From Octopus bimaculoides (lineage: Eukaryota): a stretch of 64,000 nt of DNA. The stretch covers positions 158,954,716 to 159,018,715 of the forward strand of contig NC_068981.1 in NCBI RefSeq assembly GCF_001194135.2. Reading direction: 5' to 3'. The translations under genes were made by a program, and so were the position numbers. The first letter of the stretch is position 1, and every line of letters begins with the position of its first letter. Shown here piece after piece: positions 39,034-52,282 of the stretch. The notes under the pieces are model-generated. The model saw nothing but the letters and a program-made list of their open reading frames with translations. It searched no databases and was not told where the DNA came from.

Positions 39034-39519
39034 GTAGCGGTTCATAACTTTTTATTTTTGTAGGGCCCCTTTTTAAGTAGTTGTTATGCCTAGCACCCAC
39101 TTAAGTGGTAAGTTAGGTATCACTAACTTTACATAGATGAAAATTTGTAAATTTTACTCTAGAAATGGATTGTATAAGCTTTTAACAGTGAAATGGTAAA
39201 AAATTAATGAAGACCAAGTTGTAAATTTGCTTTATACATTGCAGATTAATGATTTTTCTGTGCCTGCTGTGATGTAGTTAAATTTTCTATATCAGGTTCA
39301 ATGTTAGTCAAAAGAAATTATAAGTTTCCTTTTTGACTTATTGCAAATTTATTTTGTTTCTTGCTCAGAAATTGTGATTCTGCACTGAATCCTTTGTATG
39401 ATATAATTGCTACTATAGGCAAAATTTAGCTTGTTAATTATATTACCCTACTACCCTCTCCCATACTCCCTAAAGCCTAGCATCTCCTGGGGCCAGAACC
39501 ATCCATGTTGAGAACCCCT
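39034..39519. mobile_element. Eroded hAT-type MITE
   Basis: 'gtagcggttcataacttttt' to 'tgttgagaaccccta' resembles the cagtggttctcaacc TIR of 43802. No TSD confirmed. Confidence 0.4.
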
Positions 39520-40199
39520 ACAGTTGGGCACTGTGATACCTTGGTTGGAAATCACTGCTGTACAATGCATCCTCTTTGTTTTGTGTTACATTATTGGGTG
39601 GCAAAAAATGATTTAGAATATGACTCCCTTTAAGATTTTGTTGGTGTGTATTGTGGTGTGTTAATTGGAGTTTGTGTTGTATTAAGCTTATTGGATGATG
39701 ACTGTAAAGTACTTAGTGTGAATTATTTTTATTTTACAACACTCATCTCTCAAGCATGTATTAATGTTAAGTTGATCAAATGTCAACATAAATATTCATA
39801 ACCATATGCTAAAGGATAAAAAAGAAGCAAAATAAAAGAATAATGTATTTTTAATGAAAAATGACCAAATGTGATTTAGCCCATAAATAACTAATAGAAA
39901 TTCATGGAATCACTATTTTCCCCCACTATCTGTGTATCTCAGCTTCTTTTGTCTTTATTATTATCATCATTAACATTATGAAACTGTTGAGCATTGAATT
40001 ACCTAACAGTGTGTAGATTTTACTTTCTCTTTTCTATATTCTCTGTTTACTGTTGCTGAGGTCACATTTACTTTTAAAACACAATAAAATAAGTACATGT
40101 ACCAGTAATATACTGTGGTTGATTTAGTCAGCTACATTCTACTTCAATAAAAGTTAGCTTTGTGTCTTACAAAGAAATTATCATTATCATCATCATCAT

Positions 40200-42210
40200 C
40201 ATTATTAAGGGAGTGAGCTGGCAGAATCATTAGCAAATCAAACAACATGCTTAGCATTTCCTCTGTCTAAATGTTCTGAGTTCTAATTCTGCCAAGGTAT
40301 GCTTTGCCTTTCATCCTTTTTGGGTTGCTAGAAAAAGTACCAGTCAAGCACTGGGATCAATGTAATCAACTAGNNNNNNNNNNNNNNNNNNNNNNNNNNN
40401 NNNNNNNNNNNNNNNNNNNNNNNATTTAATTGACATTTTGACTAACATTAAAAATAATTTTATTGCAGGTTATAATCCACTTGACCAATATATTCAATTA
40501 CAAATGAGTAATGTTTATGTTTAATAGAAACATAATATCTTATGTTTTAACACCTAAGATATATCACTGTTCCGCCTGACTGGCCTTTGTAGGATTTTCG
40601 AACGAGATTGTTGCCAGTGACCCTGAACTGGCTCTTGTGCAGGTGGCACATAAAATACACCATCTTGAGCGTGGCCGTTGCCACTACCGCCTGACTGGCC
40701 TTCATGCCGGTGGCACGTAAAAAGCACCCACTACACTCTCTGAGTGGTTGGCGTTAGGAAGGGGATCCAGCTGTAGAAACTCTGCCAAATCAGATTGGAG
40801 CCTGGTGTAGCCATCTGGTTTCACCAGTCCTCAGTCAAATCGTCCAACCCATGCTAGCATGGAAAGCGGACGCTAAACGATGCTGCTGCTGATTAATAAG
40901 GTGGTGAGCTGGTAGAATTGTTATCACATTGGACATAGGACAAAGTGCTTAGCAACATTTTGTCTGTCTTGATGTTTCTAAGTTCAAATTCCACTGAGGC
41001 TGCCTTCGCCTTTCATTCTCTTGGGATTGATAAAATAAGTACCTGTTGAGCACTGGGATTGATGTAATTGACTTTTACCCTCTCCCAAAACTGCCAGCTT
41101 TGTGCCAAAATTTGAAACCATTATTATTATCTGGAACAATTGTTATAGTGTCAGTGTTACTTCTGGGCCTTTACATTCTAAAATCAAATCTTACTAAGGT
41201 CAACTTTGCTTTTCATCCTCTGATCAAATAAAATACCAGTCAAGTACTGGGGTTAGTTTAATCAAGTAATTTCCTCCTTCAAAATTTGCTAGCCTTGTGC
41301 CTAAATTTGAAATTGGCAAGTTGGCAGAATTGTTAGCATGAAGGACAAAATGTTTACTGGTATTTCGTCTGGTTTTATGTTCTGAGTTCAAATTCCACTA
41401 AAGTTGACTTTTCCTTTCATTCCTTCAGGGTCAGTAAAATAAGTATCAGTTTAACACAGGGGTCGAAGTAATTGACTAGCCCCCACCCGCAAAGTTTCAG
41501 GTTTTGTGCCTATAGTAGAAAGGATTATTATTGAGTAAAGCAGTGAGCTGGTAGAATTATTAACAGACTGGGTAAAATGCTTACTGGCATTTTGTGTGTT
41601 TTTATGTTCTGGGTTCAAATACCACCAGGGTCAACTTTGCCTTTTCGTCCTTTCAACTGATACTTATTTTATTATTGGTGATGATGTCACGTAAGAAACA
41701 TCCAATACATTCTGTGGAGTGGTTGGTGTTTGGAAGGGCATCCAGCCATAGACACCAAGCCAAAACAGACGATGGAACTTGGTGCAGCCCCTAACCTTGC
41801 TGATTCTTGTCAAGCTGTCCAACCCATGCCAGCATAGAAAATAGACATTAAATGTTGATGATGGTGATGATTATTATGGGTGATGGATTGACAGTCATTA
41901 AAGTTTCAGACAAAATGTCTTGTTATGTTTGTTCTATTTTTGCTCAAATCCTACCAAGGTCAACGTAATTAAGTAAAGCTCTCCTCACTGGATGACAAGC
42001 TGGCAGAATCATTAGAGCACTGGAAAGAATGTATGCGGTGTTTTATCTGGCTTCTTACATTCTGAGTTCAAATCCTGTTACAACCAACTTTGCTTGTCAC
42101 CCTTTCAAGGTCAATAATAAGATAAAAAGAAATCAAATACCAAAGTTGATGGTATCAACTTACTCTTTTCCTCAAAATTGTTGGTTTTGTGCTTAAATCA
42201 GAAAACCATA
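40200..42210 (+). mobile_element. Head-to-tail cluster of ~6-7 SINE family C copies plus two RTE 3' UTR copies
   Basis: Repeated 'gagctggcagaat' heads at ~40214, 40905, 41318, 41545 and 41997, plus partial copies. RTE UTRs at 40570-40890 and 41685-41870. Confidence 0.8.
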
Positions 42211-42489
42211 TTATTTGTAATTCAGTGACAACCTTATTTTTCATGCTGGTATTATTTAGGTGGGTTTACAAAGATGCCTTCAATATGTTCTCATACATGT
42301 GCATGCAGAAGTGGGTACAGATGCACAGGTTAATTGTCACTTTTCTGCATAAGATCAGACTCCTTCTCCACTGCATTCCATTTTTGATAAAATTTTAATT
42401 TACAGTTTTGGGTTGATTCCCTTGTCATTTTGCACCAAAGTTTTTAATCATTTTGTCCTCTTCAGTAAAGGTGTAATTTTATTTACTGG

Positions 42490-42810
42490 CTCTTGTCAGT
42501 TACGACGATGAAGGTTCCAGTTGATCCAATCGATGGAACAGCCTGCTCATGAAATTAATGTGCAAATGGCTGAACACTCCACAGACACTCTTACCTTTAA
42601 CGTAGTTCTCAGGCAGATTCAGTGTGACACATACTGTTATAAGGCTGACCCTTTGAAATACAGGTACTACTCGTTTTTACTAGCTGAGTGGACTGAAACA
42701 ACATGAAATAAAGTGTCTTGCTCAAGGACACAACACACTGCCAAGGATTGATCTCATGACCTTACAATCATGAGCCAAATACCCTAACCACTAAGCCACA
42801 TGCCTTCACC
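42490..42810 (-). mobile_element. SINE family D (tRNA-like head)
   Basis: Reverse complement of 60398-60722. Confidence 0.75.
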
Positions 42811-42834
42811 AATTTTATTTAAAATTGGCTTAAA

Positions 42835-43215
42835 AGGTGCAGATGTGACTGTACTAAGAAGGCTTCATTTGTTTCAGGTTCAGTCCCATTGCTTGGCACC
42901 TTGGGCAAGTGTCTTCTATGATACTATAGCTTCAGGCTGACCAAAGCCTTGTGAGTGGATTTGATAGATGGAAACTGAAAGAAGCTTGTCATATGTGTGT
43001 GTGTGTGTGTGTGTGTGTGTTTTGTCCCAACCCCACCATATTTTGACAACCAGTATTGATTTGTTTATATCCCTGTAACTTAGCAGTTCAGTAAAAGAGA
43101 CTGCTAAAATAAATATCGGACTTGAAAATAAGTACTGGGTCAATTTGTTTGATAAAACCCTTTAAAGTGACACCTTGGCATGGCTGTAGTCCAATGACTG
43201 AATCAGGTAAAAGTT
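42835..43215 (+). mobile_element. SINE family B
   Basis: 'ggttcagtcccattgcttggcaccttgggcaagtgtcttc...(TG)n...ctgaatcaggtaaaag'. Confidence 0.75.
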
Positions 43216-43801
43216 TGCTAGTGCCCACTTTCCTATTAAGTTTTCATGTGACATATATTATTGGGTATCTTTTAAAACTATTTTCTTAACTTTATGTATG
43301 TTATTTTTGTGCACAATTATTTATAGAATCATAGTTAGAATAATAAAAAAAGAGTATATACAAACAGATATTTCTATAGCTTATTTTATTAATAGTTATC
43401 ATAGTTAAGGCTAAACTGGAGCATTGCCTTCAGTTTTTGAAATAATTTGGGTGGTTCTAAAATTGTCATCTTTCTTGAATGTTGATTTCATCCTCAAAAG
43501 AACTGTTTGTAATGTTTTTGTCTCCATATTGACTGTGTGAGTTATTATTCATAAGTAATGAAGTCATCCATCTGGTACTACTTCATAGCAAGAAAAAAAA
43601 TATTGCTAGATAGTTGTTTAACCTTAGGTCAGTCCTGACGGAGCAAACCTTTGATCTAAGATATTCTAGCCTTCACTATCTTGCCTTTTTTGTATGCCAG
43701 GGACTATATTGTTCATTGTGTCCTTTGTATTTTAAAACAGAGTAGTGTGATTTGAGGGAGATTCAGCTACTATTTCTAACAGGTGAAGCTATCATTTAGA
43801 G

Positions 43802-44189
43802 CAGTGGTTCTCAGCCAGGGTCCATATGAGATATTTGGGGTCCATGCAACAAAATAGTAAACTGGGGACCAACAATAGTATTTTAAGGGCCCCTGAAAAA
43901 TTTATGCTTTAGATGTATGTATTGGTATGTATTGCAAGAAACAGCTAGGTTTCTTTCTATAACATTTTACATAGTTCAGCCCATACAAGGCAATGTGTGA
44001 AAAGCAAAACAAGAATTTTGTAAGAGGTCAGATCTAGCTGGTATGAACTGATGTTCATACCAGCTAGATCTGACCTCTTACAACAGGTAGAATATTTTGG
44101 CCAGATATGGGCAATTTAAATGCTAGAAGGTTAAACATCAAATGGCTATTGGGGGGGGGGCATAGATAAAAGATGGTTGAAAACCCCTG
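43802..44189. mobile_element. hAT-type MITE with 8-bp TSD
   Basis: TIRs 'cagtggttctcagcc' and 'ggttgaaaacccctg'. Perfect TSD atttagag at 43794-43801 and 44190-44197. Confidence 0.9.
44018..44083. repeat. Perfect 31-bp inverted repeat with 4-nt loop
   Basis: ttgtaagaggtcagatctagctggtatgaac-TGAT-gttcataccagctagatctgacctcttacaa. Confidence 0.95.
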
Positions 44190-45119
44190 ATTTAGAGGAT
44201 CCCTCATAGGCTCAACTTTGTTGTGAGTGTAGTTTGTTTATAAAAGACATCCTATAGTTTGGCTGTTAGTAGATGAGATTAATAATTCTAGAGATCAGCT
44301 GATATATAAATAGTTTGATTGAGGGAGTGAATTCACAATTCTAAGCACATCAGAGTGGATAAAACTCAATTAAGCTGAAACAATGACTCTTTGTTAGACT
44401 TATATGCTTTCTGTATGGGATTTATAAAAGCTAAATTGTTCTAGAGCATGGCTCACATGACATGATTAGTCACTTAGTTTTCTATCCCCATTTGTGCTTT
44501 ATATTCAACTCTGGTTCCTGCATTAAACTATAGAATGGATTTTATCATATAGTCACTGGCACAAATATTCTTTCATGAGAAACAAAAGTATTTTCTGTGC
44601 ACGTAAAAGGCAGTCTATATGAATTATATCTTAGAAGAACTATAATTGTCTCAGTAGTTCTCAACCTTTTTAACTTCACTGTGTACTGGAGATTCAACAA
44701 AAGTTACTGGTATGCTTTGCATGGAAAGCTGGGGGGTGAGTGAGTGAGTGTGTTTGGGGTGGGATGGGGGCTAACAAAACAAAACAAAATACAGACAGTG
44801 GTATAGTTAATAGGGGAGCAAGAGGAGTGACCTCTCCCTGAAAATGCATTTTTCCAAATTGGTACCTTTTATAAAATGTATAATCAATGAGTTAAAAATT
44901 GCTTGGTATCTGTCATGGTGCCTTTTTTTAAGTGCTCACTCCCGCTAACTTTAGAACCTGGCTACAAACCCTATTTTAAAGTTAAAAATTCAGAAAAATG
45001 TATTACAAAACTATTGTTTACCTTGTTTTGATAATTATACTTATGTTTAACAAAATTAAGAATAACCCTGTTTTTCAAGATACTCAAACATTAATTGTAG
45101 TTCGTAAAGTCTTGCATTA

Positions 45120-45340
45120 CCATCAACGTCATTTTAACATTCACTTTTGCATGCGAACATGGAAAAGTGATGACGTTTACTGAGGCAGATTTTCTACAGG
45201 CAAATGCTCTTCCTGTCACAAACCTTCACCTGTTTCCAAAGAAAGTAATAATTCCCCATGGCCAGATGTGTTCTTGCAGAATATTGGAAATGAATGACAG
45301 TGACAACCATTTTCACAAATATCATGTCACATCAAGACAA
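45120..45340 (-). mobile_element. SINE-like family E
   Basis: 'ccttgtcttgatgtgacatg...ggccatggggaa...ggaaacaggtgaagg' is shared with 49200-49530 (-) and 51280-51480 (+). Confidence 0.6.
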
Positions 45341-45372
45341 GGAGATACAAACACGCACTCATTCACTCAACG

Positions 45373-45441
<69 letters not shown>

Positions 45442-45978
45442 GCACACACTCATTCACTCTTACACATATTCACAGTCATTCACTCACACATACATACACA
45501 CACATACATTTACTCACATACACACATTCACACATATGTACTCACACACACACATACACACATATATGTGGGGCTTCTTTCAGTTTTCATTATTCAATTT
45601 CATTCACAAGGCTTGGGTTGGTCCAGGGATATAATAGAAAAACGTTTACTCAAGGTACCACACAGTGGGACTAAATCTGGAACAATGTAGTTGGGAAGCA
45701 AGCCTGTTACCACACAACTACATCTGGGGTCATAAAAATTCATGGCACACTTTGAGATCCTTTGCAACATGTTGTTTGAGAGCTACCGTATGCTATATAA
45801 GAGGAAAAGCTAGACTATCAACAGTATTGTTTCTATTTTTTTAATATATTTAGTGCATAATTAAAGTAGGTAGGAGTGGTGCTTTGGACCATTGCAGGCT
45901 TTCAGAACCACATAAACAATAAAACTGCATATAGAACTTGTGAGGTTAGTGATAATAATGGTGGTGGTGATAGCTATA

Positions 45979-46681
45979 TGAGGGGGAAGTCAAAAATTAT
46001 CTGCACTTTTGCCATAACATATCTTTATTATTGTCACACGGCCTTGTGCACATGTATGCTTATAGTTAGTACTATTGTGGTCACGTGATCAAAGTTTGAG
46101 CCTGATTGCGTAATTTTTCTTTCTGGCTTTACAGTGTAAGCACGGCTGTTCCCCTAGCAATGTGCACCAAAGAAGAACAAAGAGCAGTGATCCGATTTCT
46201 CTGGAAAAGGGGTGTACGATCAACAGTGCTTTGCTGGCTAACAAATTGAAGGCAACAATTTGCACCAAATGCTGAAGCCTATTGTCGAAGAAAGTTTTGT
46301 TGCTGCATGACAATGCACACCCACACAAGGCTACCCAGACCATTGAAACCATTAACCAATTGAGTTTTGGGGTGCTGGAACACACCCTGCCTACATCCCA
46401 GATCTCACCCTTTCTGACTAAGCCATCTTTGGACCGCTCAAAGATGGCTTATGAGGTCATCAGTTTCTTACGAATGAAGATATGAAGGAAGCGGTGTATA
46501 AATGGTTGCATGGCCAACTGTAAATCTTCTCCTTGGAAAGAATACGCAAGCTTGTGGACCGTTGGACTAAGTGCATCGCAAAGGAAGGAGACTATATAGA
46601 AAAATTACATTCTTGTTTATCATCTGCTTTTTATCATCTGCATTGAAAATACAAGAGTGTATAATTCTTGACCTACCCTCG
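45979..46681 (+). mobile_element. Mariner element, internally deleted
   Basis: TA|tgagggggaagtcaaaaattat...ataattcttgacctaccctcg|TA. VLLLHDNAHPH motif and a C-terminal RWTKCIAKEGDYIEK segment. Confidence 0.85.
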
Positions 46682-46738
46682 TAAATATACAAACATGTGC
46701 AATCGTCTAAAAAAGGAAAAAGAAAATCCTGTCTTTAA

Positions 46739-46958
46739 GCCTTTCGTTACTGTATTTATTTTGATATGCTCTGCATTTCTTTCAATTACTTTAAATATAA
46801 CAAAGAATTTAGTAAAATAACTTAGTTATCATCAAGCTAGTGTTAGGAACATAAATTGTGACTAAGGTTTGGTGGAAGATTTTAATTCAAAACTTACGAA
46901 AACAAGATATTTGTACTCAGAGCCAGAGCCAGTTTCAGCCAGGTTGGTAACGAAAGGG
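46739..46958. mobile_element. piggyBac-type MITE (second family)
   Basis: TTAA|gcctttcgttac...gtaacgaaaggg|TTAA. Confidence 0.85.
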
Positions 46959-47237
46959 TTAAACAAACAATGAAATATTTATTGTGTTTATTGAAGTGTA
47001 GTACCATACTCTTACATTGGTTATTTAATTGTTAACTTTAGTCATGCATACCATTTAATACAACAGTGTAAGGGTGTTATAATTGATAATTGTTAACTGG
47101 TAATATATTTACTAGAAAAATTGTGTTTGTTTGTGCATATGTGTATATTATGTAACTCCTGTTCTTTTGTCATTCAATAATTTGTATATGCGTCTCTCTC
47201 ACGTGCGCGTGTGTGTGTGCGCGCACACACACACACA

Positions 47238-47797
47238 CAGTGCTTGGGCTAAATTTGACAGTTTGCATAAAAGAAAAAGAAAACACAATAAACACAATAT
47301 CCCATCTAAAAATAAGGGTATTTAAAAAAAATTGAAAAATATCACCTAGATTATGGCTGGGAGATAACAGCTTACTCAGAATAGCTGCTCTTAGCTTTCA
47401 CCACATCCTCAAGAAGGCTCTGAATCATGGCACATGTGTTCCTCACTGTGTCCTTCAGAAGATCTTTGATTGCCTCCTTGATCTTAGCTACCAGCTTGGC
47501 CTTAATGTTGCAAGCAGAGTGGTTGGTGTCTTTCTCAATTGCGTCCCACACATTGCAATCCATGGAGTTACAGTCAGAGGAATTAAGAGGCCAGAAATTA
47601 GGGCTGGTGAAGTCATAGACATTCTCCAATAACCACTTCTGACTCTTTCTGGTGGTATGGTAAGGAGCCAAATCCTGTTGCCACACATTTTGCCTTCCTG
47701 CCAGGTTTTGACCACAGTCTCCAGCAGTTTCACAGCAGCTCTCTGGATTGAGTGTAAGGCCCTGTCTAAAGATGTGGGGCAGCATGTCACCCTCACT
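47238..47797 (-). mobile_element. maT-like (DD37D) Tc1/mariner 3' fragment
   Basis: WQQDLAPYHT...WPLNSSDCNSMD, with 37 residues between the last two D. One TIR-like end at 47238. Confidence 0.8.
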
Positions 47798-47814
47798 GGC
47801 GTCATTGGTGGAAC

Positions 47815-49197
47815 TAAATTACTTGCAATCTCAGGTCTGACAAAGATGCCCTCCTTGAGCTTAGCAGAACTCAGAGCTGGGAACAGAGTGCACAAGTGTT
47901 GGAAGACAGCACCATTTTTGTCCATGGCCTTCACAAAATTTTTCATTAAGCCAAACTTGATATGAAGAGGAAGAAGAAGCACCTTCTTCATGTCTACCAG
48001 AGGATTTTCTCGGACACTGTGTTCACCAGCCACAAAAGTGCTCCTAGATCCCCAGTCCTTCTGCTTGTAGTGCTTGGACACTGCTTGTCTGTCCCAGAGA
48101 CAGAAAAACCTACAGTGTTTTGTGAAGCCTGCTTGTGTACCCATAAGGAACCCAATGACATTGAGGTTCCCACAGAGATTCCACTGGTACTGGTTGTACT
48201 TGACAGCTTCTAAAGGAGCTCCGTATTGTCATATGACTCCTTCTATTGTGCAGGAGCACAGCCTTCAGATTTTCTTTGGAAGAGTCTATGAAAAGACGCC
48301 TGTCTGAGGGATTATATGGGAAACCAGGGAAGGTGAACAAGCCAGAGCAGTAGCACAACCTGTTTTCCCTATCTAAGAATGAAGCAGAGTACTGGTTCTA
48401 TGTTCTGAAACTGGTGATATTTACATCTGCCTTGACCAGGTTCCACTGCTTAAATCAGGTTGCCAGGAGCTTGACTGCTGCTTAGATAGATACAAATCAT
48501 GGGCAAAGTCATTCAGGTTTTCTTGGGTGATCCAGTGGGGCTCATTTCCATTTACTTCTGAATAAACAGAGACATTGTCTTCAGAATAGATCAACTTGGC
48601 AGAATCTTCCCCTGAAGGCATTTCTTCATTTGATGAACGAAGAAGATCCTTACTTGCTAAGGGTGTAGGGACTGGGAGATCATCTGAGTGGGGAACAGGT
48701 CTCATAGCTGAGGGAAGGTTGGGATATTTGATCTTTTTTCTAGGAGGAGCACTAAAACCTGTTATATTTGTTAGACAATTGTCTGCATGGCTCTGTGGCT
48801 CTCTCCAGACCATCAGGACAGCAAAGTTGAAGGCTGCTTTCTTGCTGTTAAACCATGCAGTTAGTTCATTGTAGCAGGGTTTACAACAGATATGCGACTG
48901 TTGTGAAATCCTCACACATGTAACAATGAATTTGTCTTGTTGATGCTTCCTTGGTGTTTTGAAGTACCTGAAGCCATTGTAGAGATATGTATTATATGTA
49001 TCACAAAAATCTGGAAAACAAAATATAAATTGTTCACATATATGGTTATGTGAATTGTTGCAAAATCATAATAATGTATATCTCAAAAACTAGAGGTGAT
49101 GAGTGAAAACTGGTTTTGTATCTGAAATCAGCACCCCAAAATTAGGCTAAGAACAACTATTTTTATGTTTGCCTTAATTTCTTTGTTAACCAATGTG
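47815..49197 (-). mobile_element. Chapaev3-like (CMC) transposon, 5' part
   Basis: CAC-initiated end at 49197 and ATG at 48977. HICCKPC, MVWREPQSH, YPNLPSAMRPVPH, FCLWD, LPLHIKFGLMKNFVKAMD and KLKEGIFV motifs. Family name assigned from memory of these motifs. Confidence 0.7.
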
Positions 49198-49721
49198 ATC
49201 ATCACTGTTTCACTGTCAACTTTTCCATGCTTGCATGGGTCATATGTGAGTATGTTGGGGCAGTATTTTTCCAGTTGCCAATCCCTACTTGTTTGCAAGT
49301 GTGGTGATAATCTCCCAGTCTATTGAACGAAAAACAGTCTGGACTTGTATGGAGAACTCGAGACAAAAGGCATTGAAATATGTCTTTTTATTTGCAAAGA
49401 TTATGGAACATGTCAAGACATGTCATGAAGTGTGGGCATTCTTTCATAGTAGACTGCAAGCAAATGATTCTGTGAACAAAGCCAATTTTACGACTAATGA
49501 GTGACAAGGGAAATACAAAATCACTCACACATACACATAAACAAATGACTTTTTTCAGTTGCTAACAACCAAGTCCACTCACAACTTTTGGTCAGTTCAG
49601 GGCTATAATAGAAGAAACTTGCCCAAGGTACCATGCAGTATAACTGAAATCAAAACCACAAGGTTGGGAAGCAAACTCCTTAACTTCACACACACACACA
49701 TATATATATATGTATGTATGC

Positions 49722-49753
<32 letters not shown>

Positions 49754-49760
49754 GTATATA

Positions 49761-50250
49761 NNNNNNNNNNNNNNNNNNNNNNNNNNNNNNNNNNNNNNNN
49801 NNNNNNNNNNNNNNNNNNNNNNNNNNNNNNNNNNNNNNNNNNNNNNNNNNNNNNNNNNNNNNNNNNNNNNNNNNNNNNNNNNNNNNNNNNNNNNNNNNNN
49901 NNNNNNNNNNNNNNNNNNNNNNNNNNNNNNNNNNNNNNNNNNNNNNNNNNNNNNNNNNNNNNNNNNNNNNNNNNNNNNNNNNNNNNNNNNNNNNNNNNNN
50001 NNNNNNNNNNNNNNNNNNNNNNNNNNNNNNNNNNNNNNNNNNNNNNNNNNNNNNNNNNNNNNNNNNNNNNNNNNNNNNNNNNNNNNNNNNNNNNNNNNNN
50101 NNNNNNNNNNNNNNNNNNNNNNNNNNNNNNNNNNNNNNNNNNNNNTGGTGACATATTAATAAAAATCTGTAAATGTACAACCATCCAGATATCTAAGTAC
50201 CTTATTATTTTTTCTAATATATAATTCCTGTACATCACCTCCAAACCTTC

Positions 50251-50287
<37 letters not shown>

Positions 50288-50368
50288 GGGCAGTAATGTG
50301 TGTATTTGTTTCCTTGTATTGACATCACATATTAATTGTAAACAAATTTCTTAATCTCACAGCAATAC

Positions 50369-50441
<73 letters not shown>

Positions 50442-51205
50442 NNNNNNNNNNNNNNNNNNNNNNNNNNNNNNNNNNNNNNNNNNNNNNNNNNNNNNNNNNN
50501 NNNNNNNNNNNNNNNNNNNNNNNNNNNNNNNNNNNNNNNNNNNNNNNNNNNNNNNNNNNNNNNNNNNNNNNNNNNNNNNNNNNNNNNNNNNNNNNNNNNN
50601 NNNNNNNNNNNNNNNNNNNNNNNNNNNNNNNNNNNNNNNNNNNNNNNNNNNNNNNNNNNNNNNNNNNNNNNNNNNNNNNNNNNNNNNNNNNNNNNNNNNN
50701 NNNNNNNNNNNNNNNNNNNNNNNNNNNNNNNNNNNNNNNNNNNNNNNNNNNNNNNNNNNNNNNNNNNNNNNNNNNNNNNNNNNNNNNNNNNNNNNNNNNN
50801 NNNNNNNNNNNNNNNNNNNNNNNNNNNNNNNNNNNNNNNNNNNNNNNNNNNNNNNNNNNNNNNNNNNNNNNNNNNNNNNNNNNNNNNNNNNNNNNNNNNN
50901 NNNNNNNNNNNNNNNNNNNNNNNNNNNNNNNNNNNNNNNNNNNNNNNNNNNNNNNNNNNNNNNNNNNNNNNNNNNNNNNNNNNNNNNNNNNNNNNNNNNN
51001 NNNNNNNNNNNNNNNNNNNNNNNNNNNNNNNNNNNNNNNNNNNNNNNNNNNNNNNNNNNNNNNNNNNNNNNNNNNNNNNNNNNNNNNNNNNNNNNNNNNN
51101 NNNNNNNNNNNNNNNNNNNNNNNNNNNNNNNNNNNNNNNNNNNNNNNNNNNNNNNNNNNNNNNNNNNNNNNNNNNNNNNNNNNNNNNNNNNNNNNNNNNN
51201 NNNNN
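49761..51205. other. Assembly gaps (49761-50145, 50442-51205) bounded by (TA)n/(TG)n
   Basis: N runs. Other gaps at 1113, 2695, 18520, 31552, 40373 and 54916-55299. Confidence 0.95.
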
Positions 51206-51206
51206 N

Positions 51207-51237
<31 letters not shown>

Positions 51238-51240
51238 AAG

Positions 51241-51274
<34 letters not shown>

Positions 51275-52281
51275 GATGTATTTTTGTTTCTTTGTATTGA
51301 CATCACATGCTAAATGTAAACAAACAGCCACAACATATGAGCGGTGTCATCAGCTTGCCATATTTTGAGGAAGTATGCCTGGCTTTTTGTGTTGTTTGTG
51401 TTCAAAAGACAAAAGGAAACTTCCTGTTTAGAAACAGGTGAGGGTTGCTAACAAGGAGAGAAGTCCAGCACTGCAAGTAACTTCAGCTGTCACTGGATCC
51501 TGAACCACATAACCTCAATTCAAATAGTGTTATTGTTTGCAAATGAAAAACTGCAACTAAGCACTCATTTTTGCAACAAACAAAGTTTAACCTCATTTTT
51601 TAAAAAAAACTCGCTGTCTGTACTATCTCCTACTTTTCTTTCTTTCATGCACTCACAAACCTACCTGTTCACTTACCTCATTCAATCTACTGTACTCTTT
51701 ATATACCCTTCCTTGTAAACCTGAGGATACACTCTGTTACATCTTCTTCACCATCTACTCTCTTTCTCTTTCTTTTCTCAACTGGAAGTAACCATGTATC
51801 TCCTCTATTGCCAGATCTGTTTCTGTCCTATTATATTTTAACCCTCTCATTTCTTGGCACAAAGCTGTCTCTCCCAATACTGGTCCCCACTCTGTTGTGG
51901 AGTCTTGTCTTGCAAGTTACATGGTGACCTCACTGTTGCAGGTGTCATGTGAAAAAGACCCAGTATATTCTGTAAAGTAGTTAGCATTAGGAAGAGTATC
52001 TAGTTGTAGAATCCATGCCAAAACAAACATTAGCACTTGGTGCTATCCTATGGCTTACCAGCTGCTGTCAAACCATCCAGCCCATGTGAACATGGAATGC
52101 TGATGTTAAATGATGATGATGGTTTAGTAGAGTTCTTTGGAATATTTTCTTACTTTCACTTTTGAGTGTCATGGCAGATACATCTAAAGTAGTGAGTTAG
52201 AATTTGGTGATAGCAGTTATCAATTATTTATTCATTGTTATTTGTTAATGATTTAATTAGAGAAAAAAAAGCTTGCATTTA

Positions 52282-52282
<1 letters not shown>

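Noticed and set aside
47488-48144. 218-aa ORF as a novel fusion protein
   Set aside because: It starts mid-transposase and crosses the junction out of frame with the maT DDD domain.
49559-51313. Long ORFs (up to 324 aa), also at 54767-55483
   Set aside because: They consist of N runs and TA/TG repeats.
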